DNA of 64,000 nt. It comes from Bugula neritina. Its lineage: Eukaryota > Animalia > Bryozoa. The DNA is taken from positions 682,001 to 746,000 of the forward strand of contig CAXIUT010000230.1 in assembly GCA_964035545.1 (NCBI GenBank), written 5' to 3'. A program made the translations under genes and the position numbers. Under the pieces are notes generated by a model, which was not told the origin of the DNA, ran no database searches, and saw nothing but the letters and a program-made list of their open reading frames with translations. Shown here in pieces: positions 32,168 through 48,000 of this stretch; position 1 is the stretch's first letter; each line of letters begins with the position of its first letter.

Positions 32168-32545
32168 AACTCTGCTAGATTGCTCATAAATTGGTGATTT
32201 ATACACTGAAAATGCCATATTTTCTCATAAGAAACTAGCAGCGCGCAGCACTTCACGCTTCACTGAGCACGTAGGGATGAGAAGATATTGGCGCCTACAT
32301 AATAATTACAGGCTAGCTAGCTGGCAGGCTATAATGAATAGCTTGCTTTGTACTTTGTTTATGTAGCACCAATAATGGAATGTTGATAGATAACGCAGCC
32401 CTAACGAAGGTTGCTGCTTATTGGTTGTAGTTTAATCTTAGGCTAAACAATTACAAGTAGGCAACACGCATGCCACCCGCAGAGCAATATTATTCAAGAA
32501 CCTGAACTACATTTTGAGAGAAATTTATGATATTCTTAGTGAGGA

Positions 32546-32564
32546 TGCCCTTAACTATCCTGTG
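32546..32564 (-). repeat. Right terminal inverted repeat (TGCCCTTAACTATCCTGTG on + strand)
   Basis: Exact reverse complement of 31809-31827. Confidence 0.97.
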
Positions 32565-35500
32565 AAGTATACTGTAGTACACTGAAATCTAATGCAACAA
32601 ACTGATTTATACTGCAACATACTGCAACATACTGAAATACACATGAACATATTGAAATACACTGCGACACATTGAAATATACTGCAACATACTGAAATAT
32701 ACTGCAAGATACTGCAAGATACTGAAATAGACTTTGACACACTGAAATACACTGCAACATACTGAAGTACACTGAAATACACTGTAACATATTGAAATAC
32801 ATTGCAAAACATCGAAATAGACCGCAACATACTGAAATATGCTGTAACATACTGAAATACACCGGAACATTTTGATATGCACTGCAACACATTAAAATAT
32901 ACTGCAACACACTGAAACATAAGGCAAAATACTGAAATATACTGTAGCATACTGAAATACACTGCAACACACTGAAGTATACTGTAGTACACTAAAATCT
33001 AACGCAACATACTGATTTATACTGCAACATACTGCAACATACTGAAATACACATGAACATATTGAAATACACTGCGACACATTGAAATATACTGCAACAT
33101 ACTGAGATATACTGCAAGATACTGCAAGATACTGAAATAGACTTTGACATACTGAAATACACTGCAACATACTGCAAGAAACTGCAACATACTGAAATAC
33201 ACTGTAACATATTGAAATACACTGCATAATACTGCAACATACTGAAATACACTGGAACATATTGAACTACACTGCAACACTCTGAAATATACTGCATCAC
33301 ACTGAAACATACGGCAACATACCGAAATAAACTGCGACACGTTGAAAATTACTGCAACATACTGAAATATACTGCGACGCATTAAAATATACTGCAACAT
33401 ACTGAAATATACTGCAACATACTGAAATGTAGTGTAATATACAGAAATACACTGTAAAATACTGAAATATACTGCAACATACTGCATTATGCTGAATTAC
33501 ACTTGAACATTATGAAATACACTGCAACACATTGAAATATACTGCGACCTACCGAAATGAATAGTAAACTATTGAAATATACTGTAACATGATGAAACAT
33601 ACCGGAACATACTGCAACTTAATAAAATATACTGTAAAACACTGAAATATACTGCAAGATACTGAAATATACTGTAACATACTGAAACCTAAGCAACATA
33701 CTGAAATACGCTGCAACATACTTAAATATACTGCAAGATACTGCAACATACTGAAATACACTATAACACACTGAAATACACTGCAACATACTGAAGTACA
33801 CTGAAATACACTGTAACATATTGAAATACATTGCAAAACATCGAAATATACTGCAACATACTGAAATATGCTGTAGCATACTGAAAGACACTACAACTCA
33901 CTGAAGTATAGTGTAATATACGGAAATGTACTGCAACATGCCAAAATATACAGCAACATACCGAAATATACTGCGACACGTTGAAAAATACTGCAACATA
34001 CAGAAATATACTGCAAGTGGTGCAACATACACAAATACACTGTGACACACTGAAAAACGCTGAAACATAATGCAACATACTGCAACATCCTGAAATACAC
34101 TATAACATATCGAAATACAGTGCAACATACTGCAACATACTGCAACATACTGCAACATACTGAAATACATTGTAACATATCGAAATACACTGCAACATAC
34201 TGCAACATACCGAAATACACTGGAAGATAATGGAATACAGTGCAACATGAGGTAACACAATGAAATATACTGCGACACAATAAAATATACTGCAACATAC
34301 TGAAATATACTGCAACATACTGAAATGTAATGTAATATACAGAAATGCACTGTAACATACTGAAATATACTGTAAAACACTGAAATATACTCTAACATAC
34401 CAAAATACACTGCAACATACTGATATATACTGCAACATACTGCAACATACTGAAATACACTGGAACATATTGAACTACACTGCAACACTCTGAAACATAC
34501 TGCAACACACTGAAACATACGGCAACATACCGAAATTAACTGCGACACGTTGAAAATTACTGCAACATACTGAAATATACTGCAAGTGGTGCAACATACT
34601 GAAATACACTGTGACACACTGAAATACATTGCAACATACTGCAACATACTGAAATATACTGCGACGCATTAAAATACACTGCAACATACTGAAATATACT
34701 GCAACATACTGAAATGTAGTGTAATATACAGAAATACACTGTAACATACTGAAATATACCGCAACATACTGCATTATACTGAATTACACTTGAACACAAT
34801 GAAATACACTGCAACACATTGAAATATACTGCGACATACCGACATGAATGGTAAACTAGTGAAATATACTGTAACATAATGAAACATAACGGAACATACT
34901 GCAACTTAATAAAATATACTGTAACACACTGAAATATACTGCAAGATACTGCAACATACTGAAATACACTATAACACACTGAAATACACTGCAACATACT
35001 GAAGTACGCTGAAATACACTGTAACATATTGAAATACACTGCAACATACTGAAAAACACTATAACATACTGAAATATACTGCAACATACTGAAATACACT
35101 GTAACAGACTGAAATATACTCTAACATACCGAAATACATTGTAACATACTGAAATATACTGCAACATACTGCAACATACTGAATTACACTTGAACATAGT
35201 GAAATACACTGCAACACATTGAAACATACTGCAACATTTCGGAATGAATGGTAAACTAGTAAAATATACTGTAACATAATGAAACATACCGGAAGATACT
35301 GCAACATAATAAAATATATTGTAACACACTGAAATATGCGGCAACATACCGAAATATACTGCAAGTGGTGCAACATACTGAAATACACATGAACATATTG
35401 AAATACACTGCGACACATTGAAATATACTGCAACATACTGAAATGTACTGCATAATACTGCAACATACTGAAATACACTGGAACATATTGATATACACTG

Positions 35501-38500
35501 TAACACATTGAAATATACTGCAACACACTGAAACATACGGCAAAATACCGAAATATACTGCGACACCTTGAAAAATACTGCAACATACTGAAATATACTG
35601 CAAGTGGTGCAACATACTGAAATACACTGTGACACACTGAAATACACTGAAACGTAACGCATCATACTGCATCATACTGAAAACACTGTAACATATTGAA
35701 ATACACTGCAACATACTGAAAAACACTATAACATACTGAAATATACTGCAACATACTGAAATACACTGTAACAGACTGAAATACACTCTAACATACCGAA
35801 ATACACTGCCACACACTGAAGTATACTGTAATATACAGAAATGTTCTGTAACATACTGAAACATACTGTAAGTGGTGCAACATACTGAGATACACTGTGA
35901 TACACTGAAATACACTGCAACACACTGCAACATACTGCAACATACTGAAATACACTGTAACATATTGAAATACACTGCAACATACTGAAATACATTGGAA
36001 CATATTGGAATACACTGCAAGACATTGAAATATACTGCAACACACTGAAACATACGGCAACATACTGAAATATACTGCGACGCCGTAAAATATACTGCAA
36101 CATACTGAAGTATAATGCAACATATCGCAATGAATGGTAAACTAGTGAAATATACTGTAACATAATGAAACATACCGGAACATACTGCAACATAACTAAA
36201 TATAGTGCAACACATTGAAATATACGGCAACATACCGAAATATACTGCGACGCATTAAAAAATACTGCAACATACTGAAATATACTGGAACATACTGCAA
36301 CATACTAAAATACACTGCAACATACTGAAATACACTGGAACATATTGAACTGCGCTGCAACACTCTGAAATATACTACAACACACTGAAACATACGGCAA
36401 CATACCGAAATAAACTGCGACACGTTGAAAATTACTGCAACATACTGAAATATACTGCGACGCATTAAATATACTGCAACATACTGAAATATACTGCAAC
36501 ATACTGAAATGTAGTGTAATATACAGAAATACACTGTAACATACCGAAATATACTGCAACATACTGCATTATGCTGAATTACACTTGAACATTATAAAAT
36601 ACACTGCAACACATTGAAATATACTGCGACATACCGAAATGAATAGTAAACTAGTGAAATATACTGTAACATAATGAAACATACCGGAACATTCTGCAAC
36701 GTATTAAAGTATAGTGTAACACACTGAAATATACGGCAACATACTGAAACCTATGCAACATACTGAAATACGCTGCAACATACTGAAATATACTGCAAGA
36801 TACTGCAACATACTGAAATACACTATAACACACTGAAATACACTGCAACATGCTGAAGTACACTGAAATACACTGTAACATATTGAAATACATTGCAAAA
36901 CATCGAAATATACTGCAACATACTGAAATATGCTGTAGCATACTGAAAGACACTACAACTCACTGAAGTATAGTGTAATATACGGAAATGTACTGCAACA
37001 TGCCGATATATACAGCAACATATCGAAATACACTGCAACATACTGCAACATACCGAAATACACTGGAACATAATGGAATACACTGCAACACATTGAAATA
37101 TACTGCAACACACTGAAACATAAGGTAACACAATGAAATATACTGCGACACATTAAAATATACTGCAACATACTGAAATATACTGCAACATACCGAAATG
37201 TAATGTAATATACAGAAATGCACTGTAACATACTGAAATATACTGTAACACACTGAAATATACTCTAACATACCGAAATACACTGTAACATACTGCAATA
37301 TACTGCAACATACTGCAACATACTGACTTACACTCGAACATAATGAAATACACTGCAAGACATTGAAATATACTGCAACATATCGAAATGAATGGTAAAC
37401 TAGTGAAATATACTGTAACATAATGAAACATACCGGAACATACTGCAACCTAATAAAATAAAGTGTCACACACTGAAATATGCGGCAACATACCGAAATA
37501 TACTGCAAAACGTTAAAAAAAACTGCAACATACTGAAAAATACTGCAACATACTGCAACATACTGAAATACACTGGAACATATTGAACTACACTGCAACA
37601 CTCTGAAATATACTGCAACACACTGAAACATACGGCAACATACCGAAATAAACTGCGACGCGTTGAAAATTACTGCAACATACTGAAATATACTGCAAGT
37701 GGTGCAACATACTGAAATACACTGTGGCACACTGAAATACACTGCAACATACTGCAACATACTGAAATATACTGCGACGCATTAAAATATACTGCAACAT
37801 ACTGAAATATACTGCAACATACTGAAATGTAGTGTAATACACAGAAATAGACTGTAACATACTGAAATATACTGCAACATACTGCATTATACTGAATTAC
37901 ACTTGAACATAATAAAATACACTGAAACACATTGAAATATACTGCGACATACCGAGATGAATGGTAAACTAGTGAAATATACTGTAACATAATGAAAGAT
38001 ACCGGAACATACTGCAACTTAATAAAATATACTGTAACACACTGAAATATACTGCAAGATACTGCAACATACTGAAATACACTATAACACACTGAAATAC
38101 ACTGCAACATACTGAAGTACACTGAAATACACTGTAACATGTTGAAATACATTGCAAAACATCGAAATAGACTGCAACATACTGAAATAAGCTGTAGCAT
38201 ACTGAAAGACACTAAAACTCACTGAAGTATAGTGTAATAAACGGAAATGTACTGCAACATGCCGAAATATACTGCAACATACTGAAATACACCGGAAGAT
38301 TTTGATATGCACTGCAACACATTGAAATATACTGCAACATACTAAAATATACTGCAACATACTGCAACATCCTAAAATACACTGTAACATATTGAACTAC
38401 ACTGCAACATACTGAAACATAGTGCAACATACTGAAATACACCGGAAGATTTTGATATGCACTGCAACACATTGAAGTATACTGCAACATACTAAAATAT

Positions 38501-41500
38501 ACTGCAACATACTGCAACATCCTAAAATATACTGTAACATATTGAACTACACTGCAACATACTGAAACATACTGCAACATACTGAAATATACTGCAACTT
38601 ACTGAAATACACTATAACGTATTGAAATATACTGCAATATACTTAATTACACTCTAAGATACTGAAATATGCTATAGCATACTGAAATACACTGCAACAT
38701 ACTGAAGTATACTGTAGTACACTGAAATCTAATGCAACAAACTGATTTATACTGCAACATACTGCAACATACTGAAATACACATGAACATATTGAAATAC
38801 ACTGCGACACATTGAAATATACTGCAACATACTGAAATATACTGCAAGATACTGCAAGATACTGAAATAGACTTTGACATACTAAAATACACTGCAACAT
38901 ACTGCAAGAAACTGCAACATACTGAAATACACTGTAACATATTGAAATACACTGCATAATACTGCAACATACTGAAATACACTGGAACATATTGATATAC
39001 ACTGTAACACATTGAAATATACTGCAACAAACTGAAACATACGGCAAAATACCGAAATATACTGCGACACCTTGAAAAATACTGCAACATACTGAAATAT
39101 ACTGCAAGTGGTGCAACATACTGAAATACACTGTCACACACTGAAATACACTGAAACGTAACGCAACATACTGCAACATACTGAAAACACTGTAACATAT
39201 TGAAATACACTGCAACATACTGAAAAACACTATAACATACTGAAATATACTGCAACATACGGAAGTACACTGTAACAGACTGAAATACACTCTAACATAC
39301 CGAAATACATTGTAACATACTGAAATATACTGCAACATACTGCAACATACTGAATTACACTTGAACATAGTGAAATACACTGCAACACATTGAACCATAC
39401 TGCAACATTTCGAAATGAATGGTAAACCAGTAAAATATACTGTAAAATAATGAAACATACCGGAAGATACTGCAACATAATAAAATATATCGTAACACAC
39501 TGAAATATGCGGCAACATACCGAAATATGTTGCAAGTGGTGCAACATACTGAAATACACATGAACATATTGAAATAGACTGTGACACATTGAAATATACT
39601 GCAACACACTGAAGTATACTGTAGTACACTGAAATCTAATGCAACAAACTGATTTATACTGCAACATACTGCAACATACTGAAATACACATGAACATATT
39701 GAAATGCACTGCGACACATTGAAATATACTGCAACATACTGAAATATACTGCAAGATACTGCAAGATACTGAAATAGACTTTGACACACTGAAATACACT
39801 GCAACATACTGAAGTACACTGAAATACACTGTAACATATTGAAATACATTGCAAAACATCGAAATAGACCGCAACATACTGAAATATGCTGTAACATACT
39901 GAAAGACATTAAAACTCACTGAAGTATAGTGTAATAAACGGAAATGTACTGCAACATGCCGAAATATACTGCAACATACTGAAATACACCGGAACATTTT
40001 GATATGCACTGCAACACATTGAAATATACTGCAACACACTGAAACATAAGGCAAAATACTGAAATATACTGTAGCATACTGAAATACACTGCAACACACT
40101 GAAGTATACTGTAGTACACTGAAATCTAACGCAACATACTGATTTATACTGCAACATACTGCAACATACTGAAATACACATGAACATATTGAAATACACT
40201 GCGACACATTGAAATATACTGCAACATACTGAGATATACTGCAAGATACTGCAAGATACTGAAATAGACTTTGACATACTGAAATACACTTCAACATACT
40301 GCAAGAAACTGCAGCATACTGAAATACACTGTAACATATTGAAATACACTGCATAATACTGCAACATACTGAAATACACTGGAACATATTGAACTACACT
40401 GCAACACTCTGAAATATACTGCATCACACTGAAACATACGGCAACATACCGAAATAAACTGCGACACGTTGAAAAATACTGCAACATACTGAAATATACT
40501 GCGACGCATTAAAACATACTGCAACATACTGAAATATACTGCAACATACTGAAATGTAGTGTAATATACAGAAATACACTGTAAAATACTGAAATATACT
40601 GCAACATACTGCATTATGCTGAATTACACTTGAACATTATGAAATACACTGCAACACATTGAAATATACTGCGACCTACCGAAATGAATAGTAAACTATT
40701 GAAATATACTGTAACATGATGAAACATACCGGAACATACTGCAACTTAATAAAATATACTGTAAAACACTGAAATATACTGCAAGATACTGAAATATACT
40801 GTAACATACTGAAACCTAAGCAACATACTGAAATACGCTGCAACATACTTAAATATACTGCAAGATACTGCAACATACTGAAATACACTATAACACACTG
40901 AAATACGCTGCAACATACTGAAGTACACTGAAATACACTGTAACATATTGAAATACATTGCAAAACATCGAAATATACTGCAACATACTGAAATATGCTG
41001 TAGCATACTGAAAGACACTACAACTCACTGAAGTATAGTGTAATATACGGAAATGTACTGCAACATGCCAAAACATACAGCAACATACCGAAATATACTG
41101 CGACACGTTGAAAAATACTGCAACATACAGAAATATACTGCAAGTGGTGCAACATACACAAATACACTGTGACACACTGAAATACGCTGAAACATAATGC
41201 AACATACTGCAACATCCTGAAATACATTGTAACATATCGAAATACACTGCAACATACTGCAACATACCGAAATACACTGGAAGATAATGGAATACAGTGC
41301 AACATGAAGTAACACAATCAAATATACTGCGACACATTAAAATATACTGCAACATACTGAAATATACTGCAACATACTGAAATGTAATGTAATATACAGA
41401 AATGCACTGTAACATACTGAAATATACTGTAAAACACTGAAATATACTCTAACATACCGAAGTACACTGCAACATACTGATATATACTGCAACATACTGC

Positions 41501-44500
41501 AACATACTGAAATACACTGGAACATATTGAACTACACTGCAACACTCTGAAACATACTGCAACACACTGAAACATACGGCAACATACCGAAATTAACTGC
41601 GACACGTTGAAAATTACTGCAACATACTGAAATATACTGCAAGTGGTGCAACATACTGAAATACACTGTGACACACTGAAATACATTGCAACATACTGCA
41701 ACATACTGAAATATACTGCGACGCATTAAAATATACTGCAACATACTGAAATATACTGCAACATACTGAAATGTAGTGTAATATACAGAAATACACTGTA
41801 ACATACTGAAATATACTGCAACATACTGCATTATACTGAATTACACTTGAACATAATGAAATACACTGCAACACATTGAAATATACTGCGACATACCGAC
41901 ATGAATGGTAAACTAGTGAAATATACTGTAACATAATGAAACATAACGGAACATACTGCAACTTAATAAAATATACTGTAACACACTGAAATATACTGCA
42001 AGATACTGCAACATACTGAAATACACTATAACACACTGAAATACACTGCAACATACTGAAGTACGCTGAAATACACTGTAACATATTGAAATACATTGCA
42101 AAACATCGAAATAGACTGCAAGATACTGAAATATGCTGTAGCATACTGAAAGACACTAAAACTCACTGAAGTATGGTGTAATAAACGGAAATGTACTGCA
42201 ACATGCCGAAATATACTGCAACATGCTGAAATACACCGGAACATTTTGATATGCACTGCAACACATTGAAATATACTGCAACACACTGAAACATAAGGCA
42301 AAACACTGAAACATACTGCGACACATTGAAATATTTTGCAACATACTAAAACATACTGCAACATACTGCAACATCCTAAAATACACTGTAACATACTGAA
42401 ATACACTGCAACACCTTGAAAAATACTGCAACATACTTAAACATACGGCAACATACTGAAATATACTGCAACATACTGAAATACACTATAACATATTGAA
42501 ATATACTGCAACATACTGAAATACACTGCCACACGCTGAAGTATTCTGTAATATACAGAAATGTACTGTAACATACTGAAACATACTGTAAGTGGTGCAA
42601 CATACTGAGATACACTGGGACACGCTGAAATACACTGCAACACACTGCAACATACTGCAACATACTGAATCACACTGTAACATATTGAAATACACTGCAA
42701 CATACTGCAACATACTGAAATACACTGGAACATATTGGAATACACTGCAACACATTGAAGTATACTGCAACACACTGAAACATACGGCAACATACTGAAA
42801 TATACTGCGACGCCTTAAAATATACTGCAACATACTGAAATATAATGCAACATATCGCAATGAATGGTAAACTAGTGAAATATACTGTAACATAATGAAA
42901 CATACCGGAACATACCACAACATAGCAAAATATAGTGCAACACATTGAAATATACGGTAAACATACCGAAATATACTGCGACACGTTGAAAAATACTGCA
43001 ACATACTGAAATATACTGCAAGTGGTGCAACAAACTGAAATACACGGTGACACACTGAAATATTTTGCAACATGCTGCAACATACTGCAACATACTGAAA
43101 TATACTGCGACATATTAAAATATACTGCAACATACTGAGATATACTGGAACATACTGCAACATAATAAAATACACTTGAACATAATGAAATACACTGCAA
43201 CACATTGAAATATACTGCAACATATTAAAATGAATGGTAAACTAGTAAAATTTACTGTAACACAATGAAACATACCGGAACATACTGCAACATAACAAAC
43301 TATAGTGCAACACATTGAAATATACGGCAACATACCGAAATAAACTGCGACACGTTGAAAATTACTGCAACATACTGAAATATACTGCAAGTGGTGCAAC
43401 ATACTGAAATACACTGTGACACACTGAAATACACTGAAACATAATGCAACATACTGCAACATACTGAAATACACTGTAACATATCGAAATACACTGCAAC
43501 ATACTGCAACATACTGCAACATACTGAAATACACTGTAACATATCGAAATACACTGCAACATACTGCAACATACTGAAATGCACCGGAACATAATGGAAT
43601 ACACTGCAACACATTGAAATATACTGCAACAGACTGAAACATAAAGTAACACAATGAAGTATACTGCGACACATTGAAATATACTGCAACATACTGAAAT
43701 ATAATGCAACATATCGCAATGAATGGTAAACTAGTGAAATATACTGTAACATAATGAAACATACCGGAACATACTGCAACATAACAAAATATAGTGCAAC
43801 ACATTGAAATATACGGCAACATACCGAAATATACTGCGACACATTAAAATATACTGCAACATACTGAAATATACTGGAACATACTGCAATATACTAAAAT
43901 ACACTGCAACATACTGAAATACACTGGAACATATTGAACTGCACTGCAACACTCTGAAATATACCTCAACACACTGAAACATACGGCAACATACCGAAAT
44001 AAACTGCGAGACGTTGAAAATTACTGCAACATACTGAAATATACTGCGACGCATTAAAATATACTGCAACATACTGAAATATACTGCAACATAAAGAAAT
44101 GTAGTGTAATATACAGAAATACACTGTAATATACTGAAATATACTGCAACATACTGCATTATGCTGAATTACACTTGAACATTATGAAATACACTGCAAC
44201 ACATTGAAATATACTGCGACATACCGAAATGAATAGTAAACTAGTGAAATATACTGTAACATAATGAAACATACCGGAACATACTGCAACTTAATAAAGT
44301 ATACTGTAAAACACTGAAATAAACTGCAAGATACTGAAATATACTGTAACATACTGAAACCTATGCAACATACTGAAATACGCTGCAACATACTGAAATA
44401 TACTGCAAGATACTGCAACATACTGAAATACACTATAACACACTGAAACACACTGCAACATGCTGAAGTACACTGAAATGCACTGTAACATATTGAAATA

Positions 44501-45089
44501 CATTGCAAAACATCGAAATATACTGCAACATACTGAAATATGCTGTAGCATACTGAAAGACACAACAACTCACTGAAGTATAGTGTAATATACGGAAATG
44601 TACTGCAACATGCCGATATATACAGCAACATATCGAAATACATTGCAACATACAGAAACATACCGAAATACACTGGAACATAATGGAATACACTGCAACA
44701 CATTGAAATATACTGCAACACACTGAAACATAAGGTAACACAATGAAATATACTGCGACACATTAAAATATACTGCAACATACTGAAATATACTGCAACA
44801 TACCGAAATGTAATGTAATATACAGAAATGCACTGTAACATACTGAAATATACTGTAACACACTGAAATATACTCTAACATACCGAAATACACTGTAACA
44901 TACTGAAATATACTGTAACATAATGAAACATACCGGAACATACTGCAACATATTAAAATAAAGTGTAACACACTGAAATATGCGGCAACATACCGAAATA
45001 TACTGCAAAACGTTGAAAAATACTGCAACATACTGAAAAATACTGCAACATACTGCAACATACTGAAAAACACTGGAACATATTGAACT

Positions 45090-48000
45090 ACACTGCAACA
45101 CTCTGAAATATACTGCAACACACTGAAACATACGGCAACATACCGAAATAAACTGCGACACGTTGAAAATTACTGCAACATACTGAAATATACTGCAAGT
45201 GGTGCAACATACTGAAATACACTGTGACACACTGAAATACACTGCAACATACTGCAACATACTGAAATATACTGCGACGCATTACAATATACTGCAACAT
45301 ACTGAAATATACTGCAACATACTGAAATGTAGTGTAATATACAGAAATACACTGTAACATACTGAAATATACTGCAACATACTGCATTATACTGAATTAC
45401 ACTTGAACATAATGAAATACACTGCAACACATTGAAATATACTGCGACATACCGAGATGAATGGTAAACTAGTCAAATATACTGTAACATAATGAAACAT
45501 ACCGGAACATACTGCAACTTAATAAAATATACTGTAACACACTGAAATATACTGCAACATACTGCAACATACTGAAATACACTATAACACACTGAAATAC
45601 ACTGCAACGTACTGAAGTACACTGAAATACGCTGTAACATATTGAAATACATTGCAAAACATCGAAACAGACTGCAACATACTGAAATATGCTGTAGCAT
45701 ACTGAAAGACACTAAAACTCACTGAAGTATAGTGTAATAAACGGAAATGTCCTGCAACATGCCGAAATATACTGCAACATACTGAAATACACGGGAACAA
45801 TTTGATATGTACTGCAACACATTGAAATATATTGCAACACACTGAAACCTAAGGCAAAATACTGAAATATACTGTGACACATTGAAGTATACTGCAACAT
45901 ACTAAAATATACTGCAACATACTGCAACATCCTAAAATACACTGTAACATATTGAACTACACTGCAACATACTGAAACATACTGCAACATACTGAAATAT
46001 ACTGCAACTTACTGAAATACACTATAACGTATTGAAATATACTGCAATATACTTAATTACACTCTAAGATACTGAAATATGCTATAGCATACTGAAATAC
46101 ACTGCAACACACTGAAGTATACTGTAGTACACTGAAATCTAATGCAACAAACTGATTTATACTGCAACATACTGCAACATACTGAAATACACATGAACAT
46201 ATTGAAATACACTGCGACACATTGAAATATACTGCAACATACTGAAATATACTGCAAAATACTGCAAGATACTGAAATAGACTTTGACATACTGAAATAC
46301 ACTGCAACATACTGCAAGAAACTGCAACATACTGAAATACACTGTAACATATTGAAATACACTGCATAATACTGCAACATACTGAAATATACTGCAAGTG
46401 GTGCAACATACTGAAATACACTGTGACACACTGAAATACACTGAAACGTAACGCAACATACTGCAACATACTGAAAACACTGTAACATATTGAAATACAC
46501 TGCAACATACTGAAAAACACTATAACATACTGAAATATACTGCAAAATCCTGAAATACACTGTAACAGACTGAAATATACTCTAACATACCGAAATACAT
46601 TGTAACATACTGAAATATACTGCAACATACTGCAACATACTGAATTACACTTGAACAGAGTGAAATACACTGCAACACATTGAAACATACTGCAACATTT
46701 TGGAATGATTGGTAAACTAGTAAAATATACTGTAACATAATGAAACATACCGGAAGATACTGCAACATAATAAAATATATTGTAACACACTGAAATATGC
46801 GGCAACATACCGAAATATACTGCAAGTGGTGCAACATACTGAAATACACATGAACATTTTGAAATACACTGCGACACATTGAAATATACTGCAACATACT
46901 GAAATGTACTGCATAATACTGCAACATACTGAAATACACTGGAACATATTGATATACACTGTAACACATTGAAATATACTGCAACACACTGAAACATACG
47001 GCAAAATACCGAAATATACTGCGACACCTTGAAAAATACTGCAACATACTAAAACATACTGCAAGTGGTGCAACAAACTGAAATACACGGTGACACACTG
47101 AAATATTTTGCAACATACTGCAACATACTGCAACATACTGCAACATACTGAAATATACTGCGACATATTAAAATATACTGCAACATACTGAGATATACTG
47201 GAACATACTGCAACATAAAAAAAAACACTTGAACATAATGAAATACACTGCAACACATTGAAATATACTGCAACATATTAAAATGAATGGTAAACTAGTA
47301 AAATTTACTGTAACACAATGAAACATACCGGAACATACTGCAACATAACAAACTATAGTGCAACAGATTGAAATATACGCAACTTACCGAAATAAACTGC
47401 GACACGTTGAAAATTACTGCAACATACTGAAATATACTGCAAGTGGTGCAACATACTGAAATACACTGTGACACACTGAAATACACTGAAACATAATGCA
47501 ACATACTGCAACATACTGAAATACACTGTAACATATCGAAATACACTGCAACATACTGCAACATACTGCAACATACTGAAATACACTGTAACATATCGAA
47601 ATACACTGCAACATACTGCAACATACTGAAATGCACCGGAACATAATGGAATACACTGCAACACATTGAAATATACTGCAACAGACTGAAACATAAAGTA
47701 ACGCAATGAAGTATACTGCGACACATTAAAATATACTGCAACATACTGAAATATACTGCAACATACTGAAATGTAATGTAATATACAGAAATGTACTGTA
47801 ACATACTGAAATATACTGTAACAGACTGAAATAAACTCTAACATACCGAAATACACTGTAACACACTGAAATACACTGAAACGTAACGCAACATACTGCA
47901 ACATACTGAAAACACTGAAACATATTGAAATACACTGCAACATACTGAAAAACACTATAACATACTGAAATATACTGCAACATATCTGAAATACAGCTTA

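Larger units (their letters stand above)
31809..32564. mobile_element. 756-bp non-autonomous DNA transposon (MITE-like), probably CMC/EnSpm-type (CAC...GTG ends, 2-bp TSD)
   Basis: Non-satellite AT-rich segment with perfect 19-bp TIRs. AA is duplicated at 31807-31808 and 32565-32566, and the empty paralogous site CACACTGAAGTATACTGTAGTAC at ~39605-39627 has a single AA. No transposase ORF. The superfamily is inferred from termini and TSD length only. Confidence 0.93.
28420..42100. repeat. ~7.1-7.8 kb tandem duplication; only the first copy carries the DNA transposon
   Basis: Offsets are 7645 (29006/36651), 7725 (30918/38643), 7805 at the insertion point, 7047 just after it, and 7127 (33549/40676). 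Ends are approximate. Confidence 0.85.

Noticed and set aside
31550-32218. ORFs 31550-31906 and 31922-32218 as a transposase or cargo gene
   Set aside because: They are short with no recognisable DDE or other motif. One runs from the element into the satellite, and the repeated peptides (KLTLEK, YFTGTE) merely reflect the internal DNA boxes.
32311-32336. Similarity of transposon GGCTAGCTAGCTGGCAGGCTATA to LINE 3' UTR GACTAGCTAGGCTATA (~63018-63033)
   Set aside because: The match is short, gapped and low-complexity with no flanking homology, so it is likely chance.
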